64,000 nucleotides of DNA from a virus. Under the pieces are notes generated by a model. The model was given only the letters and a program-made list of their open reading frames with translations. It was not told where the DNA came from and made no database searches. The position numbers and the translations under genes were made by a program. Shown here piece by piece: positions 28,172 to 37,758 of the stretch. The stretch lies in IMG/VR virus record IMGVR_UViG_3300025133_007837, positions 32,001 to 96,000 of that record; one strand, written 5' to 3'. Position 1 is the stretch's first letter. The number at the start of each line of letters is the position of its first letter.

Positions 28172-29786
28172 ATCTGTTTTCAGTTTTTTTACTGGCTCTC
28201 ATGATGCCAACATTTCGGTCACTACCGGCAAGAACGACATATACATCATAGAACTAGAGAGAATTTTTGGCAATAGATATTTTAACTTTGGCGCTCTTAT
28301 ACAAAAAGAAGACTATGCACCCTTTTGTAATTACATACGCAACATCTTAAAAGAAAGAGGGCTACCTTTAACCTCACAAGTTTTTGATGTGGGGATATTC
28401 GAATGGTATACATCAGAAACTATCATAGACTTTATGGTTGACTTCTTTTCTATTTCAGAAGTTCACATGAAGGGTGGTAAAGAAGATTTTTGTTACCACC
28501 ATAGGTCCCACGCTGCAAATGCTTTTTATTCTAGTGGTTTTGAAGAAGCTTTAGTAGTTAGCAATGACGGCTTCGGAAATGACGGAACATTCTGTGTGTA
28601 CGAAGTCAGTAAATCTAACCCTAATTTCACCCAAATAAACGAATTTGTAATGCATACCTACCCGACTAAGTACGCGAACTGTGGTAGGTTTATATCAGAA
28701 ATAAAAAAGAAGGCTGGGCCAATCTTGAATAACTTAGCCAATGCAGGTAAAATAATGGGCCTATCTGCCTATGGTTCTTTTAATAAAGATTACTATAAGC
28801 GCATAAATAATTACTTTAGATCAGAGGGGGATAATGGCATCGAAGAGGTTACTCCAGAATTTCTTAAAGAGTTCTCTGACTTTGAAGCAAACTGTTTAAA
28901 AGGTAAAGACTCCTACGATTTTGCTTACTGCGCTCAGTTAGTCTTTGAAGAGTGTTTTTTTGAAAAATTTTATAAATTTTTTGACGAGGAAAAACATAAA
29001 AATGTGTGCCTGACAGGAGGCGGCGCTCTCAATGTGGTCGCCAACGAAAAACTTAGCAAAAGACACCCAAATAATAATTTCTTCGTGCCTTCCTCTCCGG
29101 GGGATAGCGGATTATCTTACGGTATGATCGCTGGCTATCTTAAGGACGCAGTAATACCTGACCCTATGTATTCTGGCTGCGAGATCTTAGACAAAGGCTC
29201 TTTGCCGTACATATTAGACCAGAGAGCTTGGAGAAAAGCAGAGCCTAGCCTTATAGCCGAAGAGTTGAGCAAAGGCAAAATAATAGGGGTATGCAGGGGC
29301 AATAGCGAGACGGGGCCAAGAGCCTTGGGCAACAGAACTATACTAGCTGACCCAAGGAGCCATACAGCAAAAGATGAAATAAACCATAAAGTCAAATTCA
29401 GAGAGTGGTACAGACCCTTTGCGCCGATTTGCAAACAAGAAGAGGCAAATAAGTATTTCGAAACATCTAGTAACGCTTGCTATAAGTATATGTCTTTCAG
29501 CCCCAACGTAAGAGAAGAATATAAAAAACTACTACCGTCTGTGACTCATGTAGATGGCTCATCAAGGCTACAAACATTGACTAGAGACCAAAATGATTAT
29601 ATATATGACATACTAGACAGCTTTGAACAAATAACTGGCATGCCTATACTTATCAATACATCTTTTAACACAAGAGGCAATGCCATACTAACAAGATATC
29701 TAGAAGCTATAAAAGTATTAGATTCAACAGGACTAGATGGAGTAATATTAGAAGATTATTATATTTGTAAGGACACCTCAGATTAA
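28164..29786 (+). CDS. NodU/CmcH-family carbamoyltransferase
   Basis: HHRSHAA, DGFG, GKIMGLSAYG, GGGALN, ETGPRALGNR, KFREWYRPFAP, INTSFN. Confidence 0.93.
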   Translation: MGKSVFSFFTGSHDANISVTTGKNDIYIIELERIFGNRYFNFGALIQKEDYAPFCNYIRNILKERGLPLTSQVFDVGIFEWYTSETIIDFMVDFFSISEVHMKGGKEDFCYHHRSHAANAFYSSGFEEALVVSNDGFGNDGTFCVYEVSKSNPNFTQINEFVMHTYPTKYANCGRFISEIKKKAGPILNNLANAGKIMGLSAYGSFNKDYYKRINNYFRSEGDNGIEEVTPEFLKEFSDFEANCLKGKDSYDFAYCAQLVFEECFFEKFYKFFDEEKHKNVCLTGGGALNVVANEKLSKRHPNNNFFVPSSPGDSGLSYGMIAGYLKDAVIPDPMYSGCEILDKGSLPYILDQRAWRKAEPSLIAEELSKGKIIGVCRGNSETGPRALGNRTILADPRSHTAKDEINHKVKFREWYRPFAPICKQEEANKYFETSSNACYKYMSFSPNVREEYKKLLPSVTHVDGSSRLQTLTRDQNDYIYDILDSFEQITGMPILINTSFNTRGNAILTRYLEAIKVLDSTGLDGVILEDYYICKDTSD

Positions 29787-29788
29787 GA

Positions 29789-30811
29789 ATGGATAACAAA
29801 GCAGCCGTACAAATAGCCTACTTTATATCTAGCAAACTTAGAGATAAAGGGGTTGATGTATGGCTAGACTATGGATCAGCTTTGGGAGCGGTAAGAGATG
29901 GAGGTATACCAGAGTCAGATGACGATATTGACATGGGTGTATGGCTAAAAGATTGGAAAGCCATAGAGGAACTTTTTTCTAAACCCGCTCCATTTCCTTG
30001 CAGGGTTAAATTTATAGGTTGTTACTCAGGGGGCTTCTTTCTTACCATAAAAGAGCCAGAAGGAGCAAAGCCATTTAAAGTAGATGTCTTGCCTTTTGAT
30101 ATAAATGACAACCACGGGTGGCTGAGTGGCGACGGTATAAGGAGTGCCCCTTGCTGCTATCAAAGAGCTTTTCGCAGTAAAGCCTATTATCAAAAAAATC
30201 TCAAAACTATACAGTTCGAAGGAAAAGAGTTTCTAGTTTCTAAATATGTAGAAAAATACTTAGACTATATATATGAGGATACTGGAGGTGACTGGAGAAC
30301 TACATTTGTGGGGCCAGAAGAAATAAGTAAAATGAATTGGGAAGGAGGGCTAAAGTCTTATAATTATAAAGATAAGATAACCGGCTGTGCCGAGGGCGTG
30401 TTCGACCTCTTTCATATAGGTCATGTTAGATTATTTAGAAAAATGAGAGATATATTTGATCGCGTGGTTGTTTCTGTAAATTCTGACGAACTTACGACTA
30501 GTTTTAAAAAATCTCCACCTATTATCAGCTTTGAAGATAGAGTTGAAATAATAAAGTCATGTAAATATGTAGACGATGTAATCCCCTACCCTTTCCAAAA
30601 ATACCCCATTGCAAAAGAGGCTGAGACTAAATATATTAAATGGATGGAAGCAAATAATATAGACTATATGATTCATGGCAAGGGCGATGAAAATTGGCTA
30701 AAAACATGGTATTCAGAACCCATGAAAGAAAGCAGACTATTACTATTAGACGAGACAAAAGATTATCACTCAAAAGATATAAAAGAAAGAATAAAAAATG
30801 TATCAGTATAA
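29789..30811 (+). CDS. LicD-like nucleotidyltransferase fused to a cytidylyltransferase
   Basis: GSALGAVRDGG..DDDIDMG at the N-terminus; FDLFHIGH and CKYVDDVI at the C-terminus. Confidence 0.85.
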   Translation: MDNKAAVQIAYFISSKLRDKGVDVWLDYGSALGAVRDGGIPESDDDIDMGVWLKDWKAIEELFSKPAPFPCRVKFIGCYSGGFFLTIKEPEGAKPFKVDVLPFDINDNHGWLSGDGIRSAPCCYQRAFRSKAYYQKNLKTIQFEGKEFLVSKYVEKYLDYIYEDTGGDWRTTFVGPEEISKMNWEGGLKSYNYKDKITGCAEGVFDLFHIGHVRLFRKMRDIFDRVVVSVNSDELTTSFKKSPPIISFEDRVEIIKSCKYVDDVIPYPFQKYPIAKEAETKYIKWMEANNIDYMIHGKGDENWLKTWYSEPMKESRLLLLDETKDYHSKDIKERIKNVSV

Positions 30812-31214
30812 AGCAAAATTAATTAAAGTAGTGGACGGAGATACAGTAGACGCACTGATTGACTGCGGCTTCAGCACCTTCAAGAAGGAGCGCGTTAGAC
30901 TGCTCGGCATAGACGCACCAGAGAGCCGCACCAGAGACAAAGCAGAGAAGAAAAAGGGGCTCGCAGCTAAGGCCAGACTAAAAGAGTTAATTAAAGAAGG
31001 CAAAAATGAATTTATCATAGAGACATCAATAGACAAGAAGGGTAAGTACGGTAGACTTCTAGGAAAAATTCTTCCGTTACATAAAAAGGAGCTAGTAGTA
31101 GAAAGCCCAAGTAGAAAAGGGATGATGGTAAAAGCAGTGGACTCTAGGAGCTATAACCAAGTCCTATTAGACGAAGGGCACGCGACAGAATATTTTGGAG
31201 GAAAAAAGAAATGA
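30798..31214 (+). CDS. thermonuclease (SNase-like)
   Basis: VVDGDTVD, RVRLLGIDAPE, GKYGRLLG. Confidence 0.9.
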   Translation: MYQYKAKLIKVVDGDTVDALIDCGFSTFKKERVRLLGIDAPESRTRDKAEKKKGLAAKARLKELIKEGKNEFIIETSIDKKGKYGRLLGKILPLHKKELVVESPSRKGMMVKAVDSRSYNQVLLDEGHATEYFGGKKK

Positions 31215-31389
31215 GCTTAGAAAAAGAAATAAATGATATATTAGATAGAATACAAGAAGAAAAGAAGCAAATAAATTTTGATAGTCCCAGCGCAAGAGAG
31301 GTTATTGCCGACACCATAGCGCGAGACCTAAAGAAAAAATCTGACAGAGGACAGAAGTATCAGTCTGATGCTGGTAGTTTGATATTCTA

Positions 31390-32004
31390 ATGAATAAGGG
31401 AAAAAAAGGAAAAGAAACTTATAAGTATGATAAAATTTACTCTCGTAAAGGAGAGTTTTATTTCTTAGATGGAAATGTCTCCTCATGGGTAAACGCTAAC
31501 GAGTTCTTGAGAGGGTGCTGGCTTGAGTACGGTCACGCAGTTGAAGGTAAACAAAATATTGAAGCTATACTTGAATTAAAACCTAGAAACATAATTGATA
31601 TAGGTTGCGGCGGGAATGAGTTTTGTCAACTTATGAAAAATTCCGGAATCCCTAACTCTATAGGAGTAGATTGCTCCTGTCCGGACGCTGATATAATTGC
31701 ATCTGCACACGACCTTTCTTCGATTAACGACAAAGCATACGATCTATTGGTGTCGTTTGACGTTATGGAACATCTTCCCGAAGAGGAGGTAGTTCCTGCT
31801 TTTAAGGAGTTCTCTAGAATTGCTAACAGAATGTTCATCAAGGTGTCTCTTTCTGACATTGCTTCATCTATTGACAACGAAGTTTTACACACCTGCGTCA
31901 AGCCTCATTGGTGGTGGGTAGATCGAGCTGAAGTATATTTTAAGGCAGTTAAATGGTCGTACGATACCACTAGTATTATCATACAAGCAGAAAGCAAACA
32001 ATAA
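31390..32004 (+). CDS. class I SAM-dependent methyltransferase
   Basis: IIDIGCGG, SFDVMEHL. Confidence 0.8.
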   Translation: MNKGKKGKETYKYDKIYSRKGEFYFLDGNVSSWVNANEFLRGCWLEYGHAVEGKQNIEAILELKPRNIIDIGCGGNEFCQLMKNSGIPNSIGVDCSCPDADIIASAHDLSSINDKAYDLLVSFDVMEHLPEEEVVPAFKEFSRIANRMFIKVSLSDIASSIDNEVLHTCVKPHWWWVDRAEVYFKAVKWSYDTTSIIIQAESKQ

Positions 32005-32006
32005 AA

Positions 32007-32453
32007 ATGATAACAATAGCAACAAACGGGTGTTTTGACTTGATTCATGCTGGCCATGTTTCTTTTTTGCGAGAAGCCAGAGAGCTTGGAGACTACCTTA
32101 TTGTTGGATGCAACAGTGACCGATCAGTTAGAGAGTTAAAAGGCTCTACTCGCCCCATAAATAATGAAAAAGACAGGAAAGCTGTTCTTGAAGCTATAAG
32201 ATGGGTAGATGAGGTTCGAATATTTGATGAAACAGATGCTTGTAATTTTTTAGAATCAACAAAACCAGATATTTATGTAAAAGGCGGAGACTACTTTGGT
32301 AACTGGGAAAAGAAATGCCCCGTGGCTACAAGAGAGCGGCTTGCGGTAGAAAAGAACGGGGGAACAGTTAAGCTACTAAGCCTTACAAAAGGAAAATCTA
32401 CAACATCGCTAATTGATAAGATAACAGGCCAACTAAATTTGCAGTATCTATGA
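32007..32453 (+). CDS. RfaE domain II / HldC-like heptose-1-phosphate adenylyltransferase
   Basis: TNGCFDLIHAGH, NSDRSVRELKG..RP, KPDIYVKGGDY, STT. Confidence 0.88.
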   Translation: MITIATNGCFDLIHAGHVSFLREARELGDYLIVGCNSDRSVRELKGSTRPINNEKDRKAVLEAIRWVDEVRIFDETDACNFLESTKPDIYVKGGDYFGNWEKKCPVATRERLAVEKNGGTVKLLSLTKGKSTTSLIDKITGQLNLQYL

Positions 32454-32564
32454 GATATGAGTAAAGAAATGCCAAATAAACATAAGATTATATGGTGGTC
32501 TATTATATTAATTTTAATAATATTAAATTGTGCATTGGCGGCTAAGTATTTAGTTTGACATTTT

Positions 32565-33323
32565 ATGAGTAAAGTATTAGTAGTGGGAGAAAGTTGCGAA
32601 GATGTGTTTGTTTATGGCTCTGCCTCTAGGCTTTGCCCAGATGTTCCGGCTCCAGTTTTTAAGAGTGATAAGACTGTTCTGTCTCAAGGCATGGCTGGAA
32701 ATACAAAAAGGAACCTTCAGGCTTTAGGCTTAAAAGTAGACCTACTAAGCCAATACAAACCGATAACTAAGACAAGATATGTAGATGAGAAGCTTAACTA
32801 TACTTTTTTAAGAGTAGACGAAGAAAGCTCCATTGACCAATTTAATGATTTAGTAATTACTAATGAAGAAATATCAAACTACGATGCAGTTGTGATAAGC
32901 GATTACGGAAAAGGCTTCTTATCAGAAGAAAATGTTAATCGCTTTTGTGCAAATAATACGAACACATTCCTAGATACAAAAAAATGTATAGGTTCTTTTT
33001 GCAAAGACGCGGCTTATATTAAAATTAATAGCCCAGAGTTTGAAATTATTAAAAACAGTATTGACACCCAAGGTTGGGTTGGTAAGCTAATTGTAACTCT
33101 TGGAGATCGAGGCTGCATGATAATGAAGGAAAAAGGTTTTTGCTATTACCCTACTGACAAGGTAGATGTTTTCGACTTATCTGGAGCAGGAGACTCTTTT
33201 CTCGCGGCTTTAGTTGCTAAACAACTTGAGACAAATAATATAGACAAAGCAATAAAGTACGCAAATAAGAAAGCCTCCGAGATAGTTCAACAAAGAGGGG
33301 TCAGCGTAGTCAGTAGAGGTTAG
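32565..33323 (+). CDS. RfaE domain I / HldA-like PfkB sugar kinase
   Basis: RLCPDVPAPV, ISDYGKG, VTLGDRG, DLSGAGDSF. Confidence 0.85.
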   Translation: MSKVLVVGESCEDVFVYGSASRLCPDVPAPVFKSDKTVLSQGMAGNTKRNLQALGLKVDLLSQYKPITKTRYVDEKLNYTFLRVDEESSIDQFNDLVITNEEISNYDAVVISDYGKGFLSEENVNRFCANNTNTFLDTKKCIGSFCKDAAYIKINSPEFEIIKNSIDTQGWVGKLIVTLGDRGCMIMKEKGFCYYPTDKVDVFDLSGAGDSFLAALVAKQLETNNIDKAIKYANKKASEIVQQRGVSVVSRG

Positions 33324-33368
33324 TACGAATATATTTCTTGACATAGATCAAGAATTAAACTATAACTT

Positions 33369-33626
33369 ATGAATAGAGAGAGGTCAAATAATATGATAGA
33401 GCCAGAGTTTAACAGAACAGAAGAAGTTTTGCCAGATAATACGCCCGTCAGACGGTACACGATAAGACTCAGCGACAAGCAAGTCAAAACTCTTAATAGT
33501 ATAAGTTCTAGAAACTTTGCGGGAGCGAACCTTTCCGTGCGCTCAGAAGCGCAAGTGTTCTGTAAGATAGTTAATCAGATATGCGAACACTACAGGCAAG
33601 ATGAAAGCCTAGACAATTATGACTGA
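33369..33626 (+). CDS. hypothetical protein
   Basis: ORF after TTGACA-17-TATAAC at 33338. Confidence 0.55.
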   Translation: MNRERSNNMIEPEFNRTEEVLPDNTPVRRYTIRLSDKQVKTLNSISSRNFAGANLSVRSEAQVFCKIVNQICEHYRQDESLDNYD

Positions 33627-33769
33627 AGAAAAGCCAAATAATGACACATTAAATTGGCCATTAAATAGCGAGGTTGTGGATAGAGAATTTGTGAAAGAAA
33701 AAAGGCCAAATAAGAAAAATAAAAAGGAAACAAAAAGAGCCAAACAACTAGAGGGGAGTGTAATTTAGT

Positions 33770-33970
33770 ATGAAAAACATGGATCTATTAAACATAGATA
33801 CGAAATTAAAAACCGCAAATAATTTACTTGACCAAATAATCGAATCAGCGGCCAAAGATGACGAATATCTAAAAGACTACTGGATTGGTAAAGCTCAAGG
33901 AGAGAAAGCGATAGGAGAATCTTTTGTCCTTTTTCATCTCAAGGCTTTAAAAAAACTTTTAAATGAATAA
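33770..33970 (+). CDS. hypothetical protein
   Basis: ORF after the AGTGTAAT motif. Confidence 0.6.
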   Translation: MKNMDLLNIDTKLKTANNLLDQIIESAAKDDEYLKDYWIGKAQGEKAIGESFVLFHLKALKKLLNE

Positions 33971-34292
33971 AAAAAACGAACATTCTCAAAAAACAGTCAA
34001 GGAACAACTCCAAGAGAGTCACAACTTGATTGAGGATAGTATCGCTTTTTGGGAAGAACAAATGAACGTAGTCATTCAGAAGATGGATGAAGCAGAGCAG
34101 TATCCAGACTGGCATCCAGAGAAAACAGAAGAAAGATATCACGACCTTAATGTCGAAATGATGTTTCTCCTAAAGCGTTTACAAAATGAGGAAAAAGAAA
34201 TTGATAACTTGGAAGAAAAAACTAACAGGCTTTTAGCCGACAAGATTTTCAAAAAATTTAAAAGAGTAGATGGCAGCAAAAAAGAAGGGTAA
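33963..34292 (+). CDS. coiled-coil hypothetical protein
   Basis: ORF overlapping its neighbours. Confidence 0.6.
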   Translation: MNKKNEHSQKTVKEQLQESHNLIEDSIAFWEEQMNVVIQKMDEAEQYPDWHPEKTEERYHDLNVEMMFLLKRLQNEEKEIDNLEEKTNRLLADKIFKKFKRVDGSKKEG

Positions 34293-34449
34293 GAAAAAAA
34301 AACCCCAAGTCTACTTGGTTCTTTCTCAAAGAGGTAATCGCCTCTTTGGTGCTTTCCCTTATTCCGAGGAAGGTCTTGTAAATGCAGAAAAGTATGTAAG
34401 AAAGATCACAAGACAACATAAAGAAAAATTTAGAATCGAACCTTCTTAA
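34270..34449 (+). CDS. small basic protein (59 aa, MAAKKKGKKKKPQVY...)
   Basis: Hand-translated; fills the gap before the next promoter. Confidence 0.55.
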   Translation: MAAKKKGKKKKPQVYLVLSQRGNRLFGAFPYSEEGLVNAEKYVRKITRQHKEKFRIEPS

Positions 34450-34498
34450 AAAAAGTGCTTGACAAACGAAGCAGTATGAGGTATGCTGGAAGAAGGTT

Positions 34499-36781
34499 AT
34501 GATTACAAAGGCAAAACAAAAGACGGTCAAGCAATCCGAGGATTTCAAATCTTACTCTTTCGGCATCAAGAAAGAAGGGCTTGCTCATATCTTCAATGTA
34601 TTACGCAATCAGTTATATTCTGATAAGGTGCTTGCGATTATTCGTGAATACTCCACTAATGGGGTTGATGCCCATACAGAGGTAGGCAAACTTGATAAAC
34701 CAATTAAGGTTACGCTACCGAATCAACTTTCCCCATACTTCAAAGTACGAGATTATGGCAGAGGTTTGACAGAGGAGCAAATCGGTCATGTTTATGCCAT
34801 GTACGGTGAAAGCACCAAGCGCGGGACAAACGAACAAATTGGACAACTAGGTCTAGGCAGCAAGAGTGCTTTTGCTTATGGGGATAATTTCGTTATCAAC
34901 TCATTCGTTAAAGGAGAAAAAACATCCTACAACGCATTTATTGATGACACTCAAATTGGTCAAATCTCCAAGCTAACATCCGAGAAATCGAAAACCGAGG
35001 ACGGCATTGAGATTGTAATACCCGCAAAAGAAGGAGACTTTGAGGCTTTTAAAGATAAAGCATTATCTTTATTCACTCATTTTGAGGTCAGACCAGAAAT
35101 TGAAGGGGCAGACCATAACAATTTCTATGGCGAAGAATCCAAATCGCTAATGCACTCAGACGATTGGACTATACGAGAAAAAGGTAACTCAGTTGCAGTT
35201 ATGGGTAATATAGCCTACCCATTAAGTACGAGTGCTTTAGACTTACAGTATAATTCAAATGAGTATTCACTTCTTGATGATGTATCGTTATGTTTATATT
35301 TTGATATAGGAGACTTGGATATTTCGGCAAGCCGAGAGGCATTGCAATATACCGATGAAACCAAGAAGGTTATCACCAGTAGACTAAAGTCTGTTATTAA
35401 GGAAATTCCCAAATTAGTTAGCGATGAGATGGCAGACTGTAAAAATCTTTGGGAGGCAAAGATGGTCTACGGCAAACTGTTTAGTCATGGAGGATTAGGT
35501 TCTCGATTGAGGAATGTACTTGACAACCAAACTCTTTATTGGAATGGAAAGAAAGTACAAGACAACCATTTTTCATTCCCTAAAAAGAGTGAGGCTATTG
35601 TTAGGACTTTTGGCAAACCAGATAGATGGTCAAAGAAAAAGCGCGTTTCAATGGACGAGGCTCAAAATGTATTATGCAGCGACGATCATATTCTTATTAT
35701 TGATGACCGAAACTTTGTTGATGACGCAAACGGTCTAGCAAATCGCGTCCATCCTCTTGTTAAAGAATATGATTCAAGACCAGAAAGTCAGACGCTTTAC
35801 AAACGAGCATTTTTATTATCGTTTAAAAATAAACAGGCAGAGAAGGACTTTTATGCCGAAGCAGGGACAAAGAAGTTTCAGAAGCTAAACTCTCTACCTA
35901 AAGTAAAGCTATCAGATATTTATGAGAGCAGTAGCAATGGGACTACGGTAGCCAAATCTAGCAAGCATACCACTAAAGAGTTTATTTACGACATAGACAA
36001 GGCAAAAGCAGGTAGTAATTGGGATACATTAAAGAGTCAGCATTTTGATGAGGCATCAGTAGACCTTAAATCAATCAAGGATGGAGTATATGTGAAGATC
36101 GACAGGTTCCTTATCCAGAACAGAGGAATGGAAACTCATCCTGTTGTCTATGCGAAGAAGGTAACTGACGCTTGCGAACAACTTGGGATATCTGTACCAA
36201 AGGTTTACGCTTTTAAGCCGAAAAGGGCATACAGCATAAAAGAATCAAAGAATTGGTCTACTCTTGAAGATTGGGTAATCAACCAAGTCAAGCAGAGATT
36301 TGGCAAGGGCTTGCACCGCAAATTAGTTGAGGCAATGTTTATTGATTCCATTGTCCGAGGTAATGATGTTCGCAATAAACCGTATCTCAATGATGTAGAT
36401 AGGCATTGGGGATGCTTCTCGGAGGAAGTCAGCAAGCATAGTTGGAAAACATTCGGCTTGAATGAAGTCTCTGACCTTCGCAGTTTGCTTGAGTTCTTTG
36501 TAGAAAAGAGTCACAAGAAAGACTCGGATGAGTTGAATAAAGTTCGTGATACGCTTGGTTCTTGGATTGAAAAAGCAGAACTTGACACTCAAAGCATTAG
36601 GGATAATCTATACAAAGAATGGGCTTGCCTTGCAATTAAATGCAATGATAAGTACCCAATGATTAGACACTTGGACGATACCCACTTTAATTCTTGGAGG
36701 CAGCACGACCCTGCTTGGATTCACGACTGTATAAACTATGCAAATGTGATTGATTCAACTTGGGACTTGACAACCAAGTAA
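34499..36781 (+). CDS. rIIA-like protein (N-terminal GHKL/HATPase_c)
   Basis: LYSDKVLAIIREYSTNGVDAH, VRDYGRGL, YGESTK, GQLGLGSKSAFAY; adjacent to the rIIB-like gene. Confidence 0.82.
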   Translation: MITKAKQKTVKQSEDFKSYSFGIKKEGLAHIFNVLRNQLYSDKVLAIIREYSTNGVDAHTEVGKLDKPIKVTLPNQLSPYFKVRDYGRGLTEEQIGHVYAMYGESTKRGTNEQIGQLGLGSKSAFAYGDNFVINSFVKGEKTSYNAFIDDTQIGQISKLTSEKSKTEDGIEIVIPAKEGDFEAFKDKALSLFTHFEVRPEIEGADHNNFYGEESKSLMHSDDWTIREKGNSVAVMGNIAYPLSTSALDLQYNSNEYSLLDDVSLCLYFDIGDLDISASREALQYTDETKKVITSRLKSVIKEIPKLVSDEMADCKNLWEAKMVYGKLFSHGGLGSRLRNVLDNQTLYWNGKKVQDNHFSFPKKSEAIVRTFGKPDRWSKKKRVSMDEAQNVLCSDDHILIIDDRNFVDDANGLANRVHPLVKEYDSRPESQTLYKRAFLLSFKNKQAEKDFYAEAGTKKFQKLNSLPKVKLSDIYESSSNGTTVAKSSKHTTKEFIYDIDKAKAGSNWDTLKSQHFDEASVDLKSIKDGVYVKIDRFLIQNRGMETHPVVYAKKVTDACEQLGISVPKVYAFKPKRAYSIKESKNWSTLEDWVINQVKQRFGKGLHRKLVEAMFIDSIVRGNDVRNKPYLNDVDRHWGCFSEEVSKHSWKTFGLNEVSDLRSLLEFFVEKSHKKDSDELNKVRDTLGSWIEKAELDTQSIRDNLYKEWACLAIKCNDKYPMIRHLDDTHFNSWRQHDPAWIHDCINYANVIDSTWDLTTK

Positions 36782-36818
36782 GTTTAAGATAGGATAACAA
36801 AAGAAGGTTAAAATTATT

Positions 36819-37697
36819 ATGATACCATATATACTGACTGATAACTCCTTGACCGTAGTAGTAAACGGTAAGGCATACACGATGGACAGGACAAACCCTG
36901 CTTTCCATCAAGCAACCGAGGCACTCAATAACGAGGACGCTGAGAAACTGGAGCAACTCTTTGATACCAGTAAGGCAGTCCAAGATTATGCTGACGGCAA
37001 CATCTCCGTAAACGAAGGTGTTGTAAGGTATAAGAACGAAGAAGTGCATGGTCATGTTGTAGGCAGAATCCTCGACTTCATGCGTCAAGGTTTGCCTTAC
37101 AAGCCACTTGTCAAATTTCTCGACAAGTTGATGAGCAACCCTTCTCGTCGCGCAACTCAGGAACTCTACTCGTTCCTTGAGCATAAAGCAATGCCACTAA
37201 CCCCTGACGGCAACTTCCTTGCCTATAAGGGAGTCAAGAGCGACTTCACCGATTGGCATAGTAGTTCGTTCGATAACAATGTTGGTCAGACTTTAGAAAT
37301 GACTCGAAACAATGTTTGTGACGATGCGAACATTGGATGCTCTGATGGTTTCCATGCTGGTAGCCTTGACTATGCTCGCAGTTTTGGTATTGGAGGCAAC
37401 TTGATGGTTGTTGAGATTGACCCTGCTGATGTTGTTTCGGTTCCAAGTGACTGCAACTGTCAGAAACTACGCACTTGCAAATACAAGGTTGTATCCTTGT
37501 TTGAGCGCAAGCTGGAGGAGCCTCTTTGTGATGACTACGGTGATTACGATTACGAGGAAGATGAAGATGAAGATTCTGGTTACGATGCTGGATATGAAGC
37601 AGGGTTTAATGCTGCGAAAAAGACTTTGGGAGCGAGTGTTCCCAAAACGGCCAAGAAACTCCTCAAAAGGGATACTCTAGGCCGGTTCAGTAAGTAA
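36819..37697 (+). CDS. rIIB-like protein
   Basis: LVKFLDKLMSNPS, ELYSFL, DGNFLAYKGV, CSDGFHAG, DVVSVP, KLRTCKY. Confidence 0.85.
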   Translation: MIPYILTDNSLTVVVNGKAYTMDRTNPAFHQATEALNNEDAEKLEQLFDTSKAVQDYADGNISVNEGVVRYKNEEVHGHVVGRILDFMRQGLPYKPLVKFLDKLMSNPSRRATQELYSFLEHKAMPLTPDGNFLAYKGVKSDFTDWHSSSFDNNVGQTLEMTRNNVCDDANIGCSDGFHAGSLDYARSFGIGGNLMVVEIDPADVVSVPSDCNCQKLRTCKYKVVSLFERKLEEPLCDDYGDYDYEEDEDEDSGYDAGYEAGFNAAKKTLGASVPKTAKKLLKRDTLGRFSK

Positions 37698-37712
37698 GTA
37701 ATCGTATCCTAT

Positions 37713-37746
37713 ATGCGGGGAGGCTTTTGCTTCCCCGCATTTATTT
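37713..37746 (+). terminator. intrinsic terminator
   Basis: ATGCGGGGAGGC-TTTT-GCTTCCCCGCAT followed by a T-rich tail. Confidence 0.75.
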
Positions 37747-37758
37747 AAAAATTTTAAA

